Shown piece after piece: positions 8,635 through 16,658 of a DNA stretch of 64,000 nucleotides. The stretch comes from Bacteroidales bacterium (lineage in GTDB: Bacteria; Bacteroidota; Bacteroidia; Bacteroidales; JAAYUG01). The notes under the pieces were generated by a model. That model was not told the origin of the DNA, searched no databases, and saw only the letters and a program-made list of their open reading frames with translations. The first letter of the stretch is position 1; each line of letters starts with the position of its first letter. The DNA is taken from contig JAAYUG010000115.1 in NCBI GenBank assembly GCA_012517825.1, positions 827 to 64,826 of the forward strand, in the 5' to 3' direction. The translations under genes and the position numbers were made by a program.

Positions 8635-10188
8635 TCAGGAACCCACCTGAAATACAGTATCAAGCACAGTACCGTCAACCCATTTGACCACGGCCACCGG
8701 CCTGTCAGTCAATACAGGTTTTTGAGGTTTACCGCAGATTTTTTCAGCCTCCTCCTTAAGTTGTTCAATTGATTTTACGGGTAATCCGGCTTTCAGAGCA
8801 TCGCGTTTAAGATCTTCGCGCAGAGGATTGACAGCAATGCCGCGTTCGGTAACAATGGCATCGATCAGTTCACCCGGGCCGCAGAGAGTTGTAACTTCAT
8901 CCACAATGACAGGAATCCGGTCGCGGAAAAGTGGGACGGGAAGGATAACATTTTTTGAGAACAGACAATTTTGCCAGCCCCCTATTCCATGCAACAGGTA
9001 ACCGTCGGAATGGGTAACCACATTGCCATTGAACTGCAGATCAACCTCCGTTGCACCCAGAATTACCACGTCAACCAATCCGGCAAAATTTCCCTTGCTG
9101 TGGTAGTTGTAGCTGGTAAACGGGCTGGTCCAGACATGCCTGGGATTCTGGGCCATGGACTTAACCCCGTCGAGGTCGAACGTCTGGCCATCGAGAATAT
9201 AATCGACAAGGCCTTCCTGAAGCATTTCCACAAGGTATTTATTGCTTCCTCCCCGGGCAAAACGTGCCTTAATACCTTTTTCCCTCATGATTTTCCGGAA
9301 ATATTCGCTGACAGCAAGAGCTGTTCCTCCGGCTCCTGCCTGAAAAGAAAATCCGGGATGAATGATTCCGGTGGCTTCACAAAAACGGGCCGTCAGTTCG
9401 GCGATATAAAGCCTGTCGGGACTCCTTGTAACCTGCGTTGTTCCGGAAACAATCTTCTCAGGAATCCCGATTCTGTCGGTGACAACAACATAATCGACAT
9501 AGTTTCCCTGTATTTGCCATGGGATGCAGGGAAACTCCACCAGGTTGTCGGTTACCACAATTACCTTATCAGCATATTGTGAATCAGCGAGGGCAAATCC
9601 CAGCAGGCCGCAGGCAGAAGGGCCGTACAATCCGTTGGCGTTACCGAATGAATCAGCGGCAGGAGCTCCGATGACAGCAATATCGATATGCACTGCCCCG
9701 TCCTGAATTGCCTGATATCGGCCGCCATGGGACCGAAGAACACCAATTCCCTTCATCTTCCCTTCGGAGGTGAAACGTCCCAGAGGGCCATTCATACTGC
9801 CTTCGATATGATGGATGGTACCATCTTCCAGATAGGGAATCAGCGAACCGTGACAGGGGAATGAGGCTGAAGGAAACCAGCGAAGGTTCTTAACTCCCAG
9901 CTCCTTTGCTGCAGTGAAGACGGCATGAGCTATCAGGTCTCCGTCGCGGAAATGGTGATGCGTAGAAATCGTCATCCCGTCCTTAATACCGCTTTTCAAC
10001 AGGGCTGATTTCAGATCAGCAACCAGCTTGTTCCCGTCTTCAGGATAATCAATATTGGTCGGAACCGGCGGGGCATATTTTCTGCCTTTGGGCCGGTGTT
10101 TGCCAACACCCTTGTAAGGGATCGTTTCTTCGCCATTAACCAGGAGGGGAACCTTTCTTCCGGCGGCATTTGTTACAAAATCTGTCAT
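8635..10188 (-). CDS. citF: Citrate lyase alpha subunit (citrate CoA-transferase)
   Basis: GRKVPLLVNGEE...TISTHHHFRDGD...HIEGSMNGPLG...VLRSHGGR...IGAPAADSFGNANG is CitF-like along its full length. I chose the ATG at 10188 (MTDFVTNAAG) because the longer ORF would overlap the citE stop. Confidence 0.9.
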   Translation of the reverse strand: MTDFVTNAAGRKVPLLVNGEETIPYKGVGKHRPKGRKYAPPVPTNIDYPEDGNKLVADLKSALLKSGIKDGMTISTHHHFRDGDLIAHAVFTAAKELGVKNLRWFPSASFPCHGSLIPYLEDGTIHHIEGSMNGPLGRFTSEGKMKGIGVLRSHGGRYQAIQDGAVHIDIAVIGAPAADSFGNANGLYGPSACGLLGFALADSQYADKVIVVTDNLVEFPCIPWQIQGNYVDYVVVTDRIGIPEKIVSGTTQVTRSPDRLYIAELTARFCEATGIIHPGFSFQAGAGGTALAVSEYFRKIMREKGIKARFARGGSNKYLVEMLQEGLVDYILDGQTFDLDGVKSMAQNPRHVWTSPFTSYNYHSKGNFAGLVDVVILGATEVDLQFNGNVVTHSDGYLLHGIGGWQNCLFSKNVILPVPLFRDRIPVIVDEVTTLCGPGELIDAIVTERGIAVNPLREDLKRDALKAGLPVKSIEQLKEEAEKICGKPQKPVLTDRPVAVVKWVDGTVLDTVFQVGS

Positions 10189-10231
10189 GGAATTACTTTT
10201 TTGAACGGTTGGTAAAGTATGGCAGTTGGTA

Positions 10232-11452
10232 TCATTCCTTTCCGGAATGGGTTTCCACGTTATTGTTGTCAATCAAATGGAATTTCCGGGCCAGGTCAAT
10301 GGTGCGGAGTGCGCGGTGAACCACCGGAGCATCGATCATTTTGCTACCCAGTGCCACCACTCCCAGTCCGCGTTCACGCGCCTGGTTATAGGCTTCAACA
10401 ATCCGCAGGGCTTTTTCAATTTCATCCTGCCCGGGCAGGTATCCGCTACGGATGGTTTCAATCTGCCGGGGATGTATGCACCCCATTCCATCGAACCCCA
10501 ATGCTTTCGATTTGCTCACATTCTCAACCAGTCCTTCCCTGTCGTCAATATCGGAAAAAACGGAATCGATGGCCTGGATACCGGCCGCTTTGCAGGCATT
10601 GACCAGTCGCTGACGCGCCCATACCGATTCGCTCCCCTCTTTGGTACGGACAACGCCCAGATCGGCGGTATAATCCTCAAGGCCTATTGCCATGGCAACC
10701 ACCATACCGGAGGCAGAGGCTATGGAAAACGCGTTTTCTATACCAAGAGCTGTTTCAATGATGGGCATGAGGAAGGGTAATCTGCCGTCGGGTATCAATC
10801 CGGAGGCTTTAATAAATTCTTCCGTTTCCCTTACCTGATCGGCTGATTCTGTTTTGGGCAGCAGGATCAGATGAACATTATGGGGCAATATGGCTGCCAG
10901 GTCTTCACGTCCTGCCGGGTATTGATTAATGCGCACCATCCGCTCCGCACCAAAAAAGTCGACCTGACACAAGGCGTTTCGCACAAGAATGCGGGCTTCA
11001 AATTTCTTTTCGGGGGCAACGGAATCTTCCAGATCGAGAATCAAACCGTCAGGCTGGTGTATGCCGGCATTTATCATCAGTTTAGGAGTATTCCCCGGCA
11101 CATAGAGGCGCGTCATCCGCATCCGGTCACGCATGGGGGGCTCCATGGCACTTTGTATTTTCGGGAGGATAAATTCCTTAGCACTTCCGGTGGCCATACG
11201 AATGGATGCTTCCGTCCTCGCCGCAATGACAAACGGCAACGCACCGCTGTCCTCAACAAGAATATTCCCCGAACGGATATCATAAAATGAAAGGATTTCC
11301 ATGATCTGACCACGGATGGAATTTCCGTACATGGAAACAACTTTGCTGTTGATAGTCACCGAAAGAGGTTCATCTGAAGGGGTATAGGTAACCCGGCAGT
11401 CGGAACGAACCTCCGGCCCGGCATTACCAGCAGAGAATGATTGTTTTTCCAT
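10232..11452 (-). CDS. Fused citrate lyase acyl-carrier (gamma, CitD) and beta (CitE, citryl-CoA lyase) subunits
   Basis: The N-terminal ~95 aa (AGNAGPEVRSDCRVTY...VEDSGALPFVIAARTEASIRMA) match the CitD pattern AG.LES.D...D.GAL...I.AR. The rest (RLYVPGNTPKLM...LILDLEDSVAPEKK...RINQ...) is HpcH/HpaI-CitE-like. An alternative start lies at 11473. Confidence 0.85.
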   Translation of the reverse strand: MEKQSFSAGNAGPEVRSDCRVTYTPSDEPLSVTINSKVVSMYGNSIRGQIMEILSFYDIRSGNILVEDSGALPFVIAARTEASIRMATGSAKEFILPKIQSAMEPPMRDRMRMTRLYVPGNTPKLMINAGIHQPDGLILDLEDSVAPEKKFEARILVRNALCQVDFFGAERMVRINQYPAGREDLAAILPHNVHLILLPKTESADQVRETEEFIKASGLIPDGRLPFLMPIIETALGIENAFSIASASGMVVAMAIGLEDYTADLGVVRTKEGSESVWARQRLVNACKAAGIQAIDSVFSDIDDREGLVENVSKSKALGFDGMGCIHPRQIETIRSGYLPGQDEIEKALRIVEAYNQARERGLGVVALGSKMIDAPVVHRALRTIDLARKFHLIDNNNVETHSGKE

Positions 11453-11579
11453 ACTGAAAAAGAATTCGAACAAATGTAATGATTGTTGCCCAATGTAAGG
11501 ATGCTGAAGAGCAAACCATAAAATATTCCGGATTTTTGTTGATTTTACATTTTCAGTACCTAAACCGGGTTAAAACGAA

Positions 11580-11616
11580 TCAGCCGGCGGAAAGCGCATT
11601 CCAACCGGCTGATTTT
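11580..11616. terminator. Hairpin, candidate terminator downstream of the 11644-12507 gene
   Basis: AATCAGCCGG-N17-CCGGCTGATT. T-rich runs flank it on both strands (TTTTT on +, TTCGTTTTA on -). Confidence 0.5.
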
Positions 11617-11643
11617 TAATTCAATATTGCAATAAGATTCTGC

Positions 11644-12507
11644 CTATTGCTGAACTTTCACGTCCAGTGTAATCGAGCCGCTTGCTCCGGTAGTAATGGA
11701 AGCAACCTTGATAAGACCTTTCTTGCCGGAAGCAGTTTTGAACGCAATTACTTTACCCTGAGCAAGAGAAGTAACCTTGGATGAGGACGGATTGGCCAGT
11801 GCATTGATGGTGGCGGCAGTGGCTGCATCAAATTCGGCGGCTGTTAATGTTGTCAGGTCAAAACGGGTCTGATTCTTTGTCGTCCAGCTCTGGCACCATG
11901 TAAAATTGTTGGTTCCACCGTTCAGACTGGCATCATCAGGTGCGGCGAGGGTAGCCAGGTTAACATCTCCGTAATAATAGGCAAAATCGGCCTTGGCCTG
12001 ATTGGATGTTGCCTGGTTAAGAGTCATTACTGTACCATCAACCGATGCAAAGAAACTGCCGGTACTACTTTCCTGAGCTCCAAGCGTTTTGCCGGTCCAG
12101 GTCTGGATCGCCGGGGCAGCAGGAATTTTAATGGTAAAACTGGCTGAATTGGTAATGTCATCTTTGTCGGTAGCCGTAACCTTCAGCTTCATTTCCTGGG
12201 TGATTCCCGTGACTTCATGCTGGAACTGATAATTGTTCTTGTCGGAGAAACTTGTTACAGCCTGACCATCCTGGGTTTCATTATCACCCATCACCTTAAA
12301 GAATTTAACTTCCTTAAGGCCGGCATCCGACGTCACAGTCCCGGCAACCGTATAACTGGTCTGGCCGGCACTGAGAGTAACCTCGGTCTGGTTATTCAGA
12401 AATGTGATCACAGGCCCTGTTCCCGTTGTATCGTTAGAACAGGAAGTAAAAGCAAAAGCGGCCATGCCTGCAAAGGCGGCAAAAAGAACTAAACTGTTTT
12501 TTCTCAT
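11644..12507 (-). CDS. Hypothetical lipoprotein (Ig-like/beta-rich, T/S-rich)
   Basis: The start MRKNSLVLFAAFAGMAAFAFTSC carries a lipobox Cys. I recognised no family motif. Confidence 0.6.
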   Translation of the reverse strand: MRKNSLVLFAAFAGMAAFAFTSCSNDTTGTGPVITFLNNQTEVTLSAGQTSYTVAGTVTSDAGLKEVKFFKVMGDNETQDGQAVTSFSDKNNYQFQHEVTGITQEMKLKVTATDKDDITNSASFTIKIPAAPAIQTWTGKTLGAQESSTGSFFASVDGTVMTLNQATSNQAKADFAYYYGDVNLATLAAPDDASLNGGTNNFTWCQSWTTKNQTRFDLTTLTAAEFDAATAATINALANPSSSKVTSLAQGKVIAFKTASGKKGLIKVASITTGASGSITLDVKVQQ

Positions 12508-12616
12508 AGGTATAAAATTTAGTTTAACAATGTCAGTCACATGCATTATGTTAACATAAAACGTTTACGAAAGTTCAGACTGAAGGTTGCAAAAAGTATA
12601 CCAGAATACTTTCCGG

Positions 12617-13018
12617 CTATTTGCTGCAGAATTCGATGAGAACGCCTCCGGCAGAGCGAGGGTGAAGGAAACCGATATTCAGGTTTTCGGCTCCCTTTCG
12701 GGCAACTTTATCGATAAGTTCCGTACCGGAGGAAGCGGCCTCGGCAAGTGCTTCGCTGGCATTTTCAACTGCCAGGGCAATATGATGGAGGCCGGGGCCT
12801 TTCCGCGCAATAAATTTTGCGATGGGGCCCTCCGGGTCAGTGGATTCAAGCAGTTCGATTTTTGTATCGCCCAGGCGAAAAAAAGCTGTTTTAACTTTCT
12901 GGTCAGGAACTTCTTCCATTGCATAACACTCCAGGCCCAGAACCTGTTCATAGAATTTTCTGGCGGTTTCAATGCTTTCCACAGCTATACCGATGTGTTC
13001 GATATGAGTAGGTTTCAT
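12617..13018 (-). CDS. mce: Methylmalonyl-CoA epimerase (VOC/glyoxalase fold)
   Basis: 133 aa with IEHIGIAV....A..FY...LG, IELLE, GPGLHHIAL.V and G..IEF. This matches the epimerase subfamily pattern. Confidence 0.8.
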   Translation of the reverse strand: MKPTHIEHIGIAVESIETARKFYEQVLGLECYAMEEVPDQKVKTAFFRLGDTKIELLESTDPEGPIAKFIARKGPGLHHIALAVENASEALAEAASSGTELIDKVARKGAENLNIGFLHPRSAGGVLIEFCSK

Positions 13019-13091
13019 TTTTCGGAATTTTGAAATGCAAAAGTAGTGAAAAATAGCAGATCGTAATCTAAGACAGCCCTAGGATTAATGG

Positions 13092-13147
13092 TTAAACCCA
13101 CATTGCGCAATTTAACCCACATTGCGCAATAAAAACTGCGCAATGTG
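13092..13147. repeat. Two direct copies of (T)TAA(A)CCCACATTGCGCAAT followed by an inverted TGCGCAATGTG
   Basis: The direct copies lie at 13092-13111 and 13112-13130. The inverted half-site lies at 13137-13147 and forms a CACATTGCGCA/TGCGCAATGTG hairpin. The core TTGCGCAA is itself palindromic. Confidence 0.8.
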
Positions 13148-13384
13148 CCCTAGGGGCCGCTTCCACTGCGTTCCAGCGGGGTTAACCCGGATGCCATCCC
13201 ATAAGGCTAACCCACTGAGCATTAGCTCGCTTTGACTCCTAATGCTCAATCCGGGTTGAAAACTGCGCAATGTGCCACAAGGGCCGCCTTCACTGCGTTT
13301 CGGCGGGGTTAACCCGGATGCCTGAGCGAAAAGTCAACCCACTGAGCATTAGCTCGTTTAAACTCCTAATGCTCCATCCGGGTT
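13131..13384. repeat. Tandem structured repeat, family C (2 x 127 nt)
   Basis: Unit 1 is 13131-13257 and unit 2 is 13258-13384, with no spacer between them. Each unit has an outer stem AACCCGGAT/ATCCGGGTT enclosing GAGCATTAG/CTAATGCTC. A 5-bp stem is CCGCT/AGCGG in unit 1 and CCGCC/GGCGG in unit 2, which is a compensatory change. Confidence 0.9.
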
Positions 13385-16300
13385 AAAAGGAAGGAGGCGA
13401 AGCGTTCTTCAGAGCTCTGTAAAATTCAGAATGAATACGGGTCCGGTATCCCATGTCAATGAGTTTTCCATTGTCCATCGACGGATAAACACGGTTAGAA
13501 AGGAAAATATAGAGCATTCCGTTATCAGGTTCAACCCAGGTGTAAGTTCCGGTAAAACCGCTATGGCCAAAACTGCGGGGAGATGCTTCCGGGCAGGCCG
13601 GGCCACCATTTCCGTTCGGACGGATCAGTGGCTTGTCAAATCCCAGCCCCCGCCGGTTACCTGTTTTACAGAACACGCAGGAAGTGAACAAATCAACGGT
13701 TGTTGAATCCATGTAACGGATGCCGCCATAGGTTCCTCTGTTCAGGTACATCTGCATCAGCTTGGCCAGGTCATTGGAATTTCCAAAAAGACCGGCATGC
13801 CCGGCCACTCCTCCCAGCATGGCCGATGCCATATCATGAACATATCCGTGAACAAGCTGCCTTCGCCAGAATATGTCATTTTCGGTAGGAACTATCTGAT
13901 CAGGTGGAAATTTTGTCAGAGGGTTGAATAATAATTTTGATGCTCCCAATGACCGGTAGAAATTCTCACGGACAATATTCTGTAATGGCTTTCCTGTAAC
14001 CGATTCAACCATCCTGCCAAGAAGGATGAAACCGAGGTCACTGTAAACATAGGTTTTCTTTTTGCTTACGGGAGATTCATAGATGCGCCTGAAAATCGTA
14101 TCTCTCCAGGAATTGTTGAGCCACAGATGGTCCGCAACCCTGATACCGTAGACACCGGAAGAATCGTGCCGGTAAATGCCTGGTTTATAACCAACATGCG
14201 AAAAGAGATAAACGTTTTTCTCAATCCGGAAAGGATAGTCTTCCGACCATGTTTTAGAAAACAGGGGTTTATGGGGTATCAAAGGCTGTAATGTAAAAGT
14301 ATAGAAAGGAATCCATGCTTCCAGCCCTGCCTGGTGGGCGAGGATATCTTCAAGAACAAGCTTTTCCTTGTTGGTTCCCCTGACATCGGGAAGATAGTTT
14401 CCAAGGTACCTCTTAAGGCTGATGATGTTTCGGTCGGCAAGTTGCATTACAACCGGCAGGGTGGCAGAGATTTTTGTTACCGATGCCAGATCATACAAAT
14501 CCTCATTGCTGACCTGCTTCACAGAATCATAAGTCTGAAAGCCGAAGGATTTCCGGTAGAAAACTTTCCCTTTTACGGCACAAAATATCTGACATCCGGG
14601 GGCTGCCTGCTGACGGATCATATCGTTTGCAAGGCTGTCGATACGTGCGAGGCTGTCGCGGGAAATCCCGATCTCTTCAGGGATTATATAGGAAAACCTT
14701 ACCGGTTCGGGAGTATCAAGTCCGCAACCATACCTGAAAGAATCATTGATTGTAACAGGCAGCCGGCCGTTTATCCTTACCCCTCCAAAAATTGCCTGGG
14801 CCGACAGGTCCTGAATAAGAGGATCATCGTCGAATGCAAGCAGAACCGATTTTGCCCTGTCGATATTCCGGAACAACCTCAGGGCGTATGGATTTGCCGT
14901 AAACGAAACGAGACAGGGCTTCCGGATGAACAATGAATCGGCAAAACGGATCAGGAAACTGCTGAACCCAAAGTTGCGGGCCGGCCGGATATCGGTATTT
15001 GAAAAAGAAAGAACAACAAGGTTGCAGGGATTTAACTTCGCAAACAAAGAATCCATGCCGTGAACAGAATCATCTGGAGCAACCGAAATAAAATCGACCG
15101 GAGCATACAAGGCAAGTGTTTTCTGGAAGATTGATGTATCCTTTGCCCCAATATTAACGGCAGCTATCCGCAATGTATCCAGCACTCTGATAGGGAGAAG
15201 GGAATCTGCGTTTTTCAGCAGCACCATACCTTCGCGGATGAGTCGGCGGCAGAGGACTTCATAGAGTGGTTTGTTCAGGTCAGCAGTTAGATGCAATGTA
15301 TCAACGGGGCGGAAGGTCTGCAGTCCAGCCCAGGCTTTTGCCATCAGAACGCGACGGCAGTGCTCGTTGATCTCCTTCTCTGTAATGAGGCTATCGGCTA
15401 CAGCTTTCATTATGGCATTCAAAGCAACCTGCACATCCGAAGGCATTAGAAGGATATCGTTCCCTGCCATCAGAGCTTTCACTTCCAGTTCGCCCGGAGC
15501 ATATTTATCTGCCACCCCTTTCATATTAAGGGCATCGGTAAAAACAAGGCCTTTGAATCCCAGTTCTTCCCGCAGAAGGTTGCCTGTTATCAAGGGAGAT
15601 ACACTGGCAGGTTTGCCTTTTGCTGTATCAAGGGCAGGCACGGAAAGATGGGCCGTCATGATACCTGATATTCCCGCCTGAATAAGATACCTGAAAGGGA
15701 ACAGTTCTATACTATCGAGTCGCTGACGAGAACAGGAAATCACGGGAAGAGTCAGATGCGAATCAAGGAAGGTATCGCCGTGGCCCGGGAAGTGTTTTCC
15801 CACGGCCAGAATGCCTTCGGTCTGCATACCATAGGCATAGGCAATGCCTTTCATTGTTACCTTAAACGGATCTTCTCCGAAAGAGCGTATGCTGATAACA
15901 GAATTATCGGGATTGACATTGACATCAACCACAGGAGAAAAACTGATATGCACACCCAGGCGCCTGAGCTGGGAAGCAATCTGACGACCCATTTCATAAA
16001 CCAAATGATCGTTTTCGACGGCACCCAGCATCAATTGGTAAGGGTATCGGACTGTGCCATCGAGGCGCATGGCCAGACCCCATTCGGCATCCATGGCAAT
16101 AAGAAGAGGCACTGAAGCTGCTGCCTGGAACCTGTTAGTAAAAATTGCCTGTTTTTCAGGATTTCCCTGGAAAAATACTATGCCGCCCGGTTTGAATTTT
16201 CTGATAAGCTGTTCCACTCTGTCAGCCTCCGTTGAATCCCTGGCAGGATAAGCCGCAATCATGAACAACTGGGCAATTTTTTCCTCCAGCGACATGCGCA

Positions 16301-16460
16301 ACATAAGGGAATCAACCCACGCCGATTTCGTTTCAAGAAAAGGAGGATCGTGCCGCTGGTACGGCATAAGAATATCGGAATTCCCGGTTCTGCCAAATGT
16401 TTTGAGGAAGAACAGAAACAAAATGAATACACTAACCAGAGAGCGCGCTGACGAATTCAT
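13383..16460 (-). CDS. Glycoside hydrolase family 3 (NagZ-like beta-N-acetylhexosaminidase) fused to a C-terminal beta-lactamase-family serine hydrolase domain
   Basis: The N-terminal half has GH3 motifs (IAMDAEWG, KHFPGHGDT, GFKGLVFTDAL). The C-terminal half has SxxK (DLASVTKISA) and YSD/HSGFTG motifs. The start at MNSSARSLVSVFILFLFF gives a signal peptide. Confidence 0.85.
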   Translation of the reverse strand: MNSSARSLVSVFILFLFFLKTFGRTGNSDILMPYQRHDPPFLETKSAWVDSLMLRMSLEEKIAQLFMIAAYPARDSTEADRVEQLIRKFKPGGIVFFQGNPEKQAIFTNRFQAAASVPLLIAMDAEWGLAMRLDGTVRYPYQLMLGAVENDHLVYEMGRQIASQLRRLGVHISFSPVVDVNVNPDNSVISIRSFGEDPFKVTMKGIAYAYGMQTEGILAVGKHFPGHGDTFLDSHLTLPVISCSRQRLDSIELFPFRYLIQAGISGIMTAHLSVPALDTAKGKPASVSPLITGNLLREELGFKGLVFTDALNMKGVADKYAPGELEVKALMAGNDILLMPSDVQVALNAIMKAVADSLITEKEINEHCRRVLMAKAWAGLQTFRPVDTLHLTADLNKPLYEVLCRRLIREGMVLLKNADSLLPIRVLDTLRIAAVNIGAKDTSIFQKTLALYAPVDFISVAPDDSVHGMDSLFAKLNPCNLVVLSFSNTDIRPARNFGFSSFLIRFADSLFIRKPCLVSFTANPYALRLFRNIDRAKSVLLAFDDDPLIQDLSAQAIFGGVRINGRLPVTINDSFRYGCGLDTPEPVRFSYIIPEEIGISRDSLARIDSLANDMIRQQAAPGCQIFCAVKGKVFYRKSFGFQTYDSVKQVSNEDLYDLASVTKISATLPVVMQLADRNIISLKRYLGNYLPDVRGTNKEKLVLEDILAHQAGLEAWIPFYTFTLQPLIPHKPLFSKTWSEDYPFRIEKNVYLFSHVGYKPGIYRHDSSGVYGIRVADHLWLNNSWRDTIFRRIYESPVSKKKTYVYSDLGFILLGRMVESVTGKPLQNIVRENFYRSLGASKLLFNPLTKFPPDQIVPTENDIFWRRQLVHGYVHDMASAMLGGVAGHAGLFGNSNDLAKLMQMYLNRGTYGGIRYMDSTTVDLFTSCVFCKTGNRRGLGFDKPLIRPNGNGGPACPEASPRSFGHSGFTGTYTWVEPDNGMLYIFLSNRVYPSMDNGKLIDMGYRTRIHSEFYRALKNASPPSF

Positions 16461-16658
16461 ACTTCTTTGCTCATTCCACAAATATAACAGAATGATTGAA
16501 AAATGGTTGATTGCAGAAAGAAGAACCTGCATTTTCTCCGCCAAACAACCTGCTTCCTGAACAAAGAAGTTTAAAATCCGTTAATAAGGACTTTCATCAT
16601 ATGCAGAAATGAAATTTCAATGTACTTTTAAAGCCAATAATTTCTAAACTTTGTTTTT

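Noticed and set aside
8635-10272. Longer CitF start at 10272 (adds 28 aa)
   Set aside because: The extension would overlap the citE stop by 41 nt and is not CitF-like. The ATG at 10188 begins the conserved region.
10219-10780. 127- and 184-aa plus-strand ORFs antisense to citE/citF
   Set aside because: They lie entirely within well-supported citrate lyase genes on the opposite strand and have no motifs.
13131-13384. Possible CRISPR array
   Set aside because: The units are 127 nt long and directly abutting, with no unique spacers. There are only two copies, and no cas genes are in the window.
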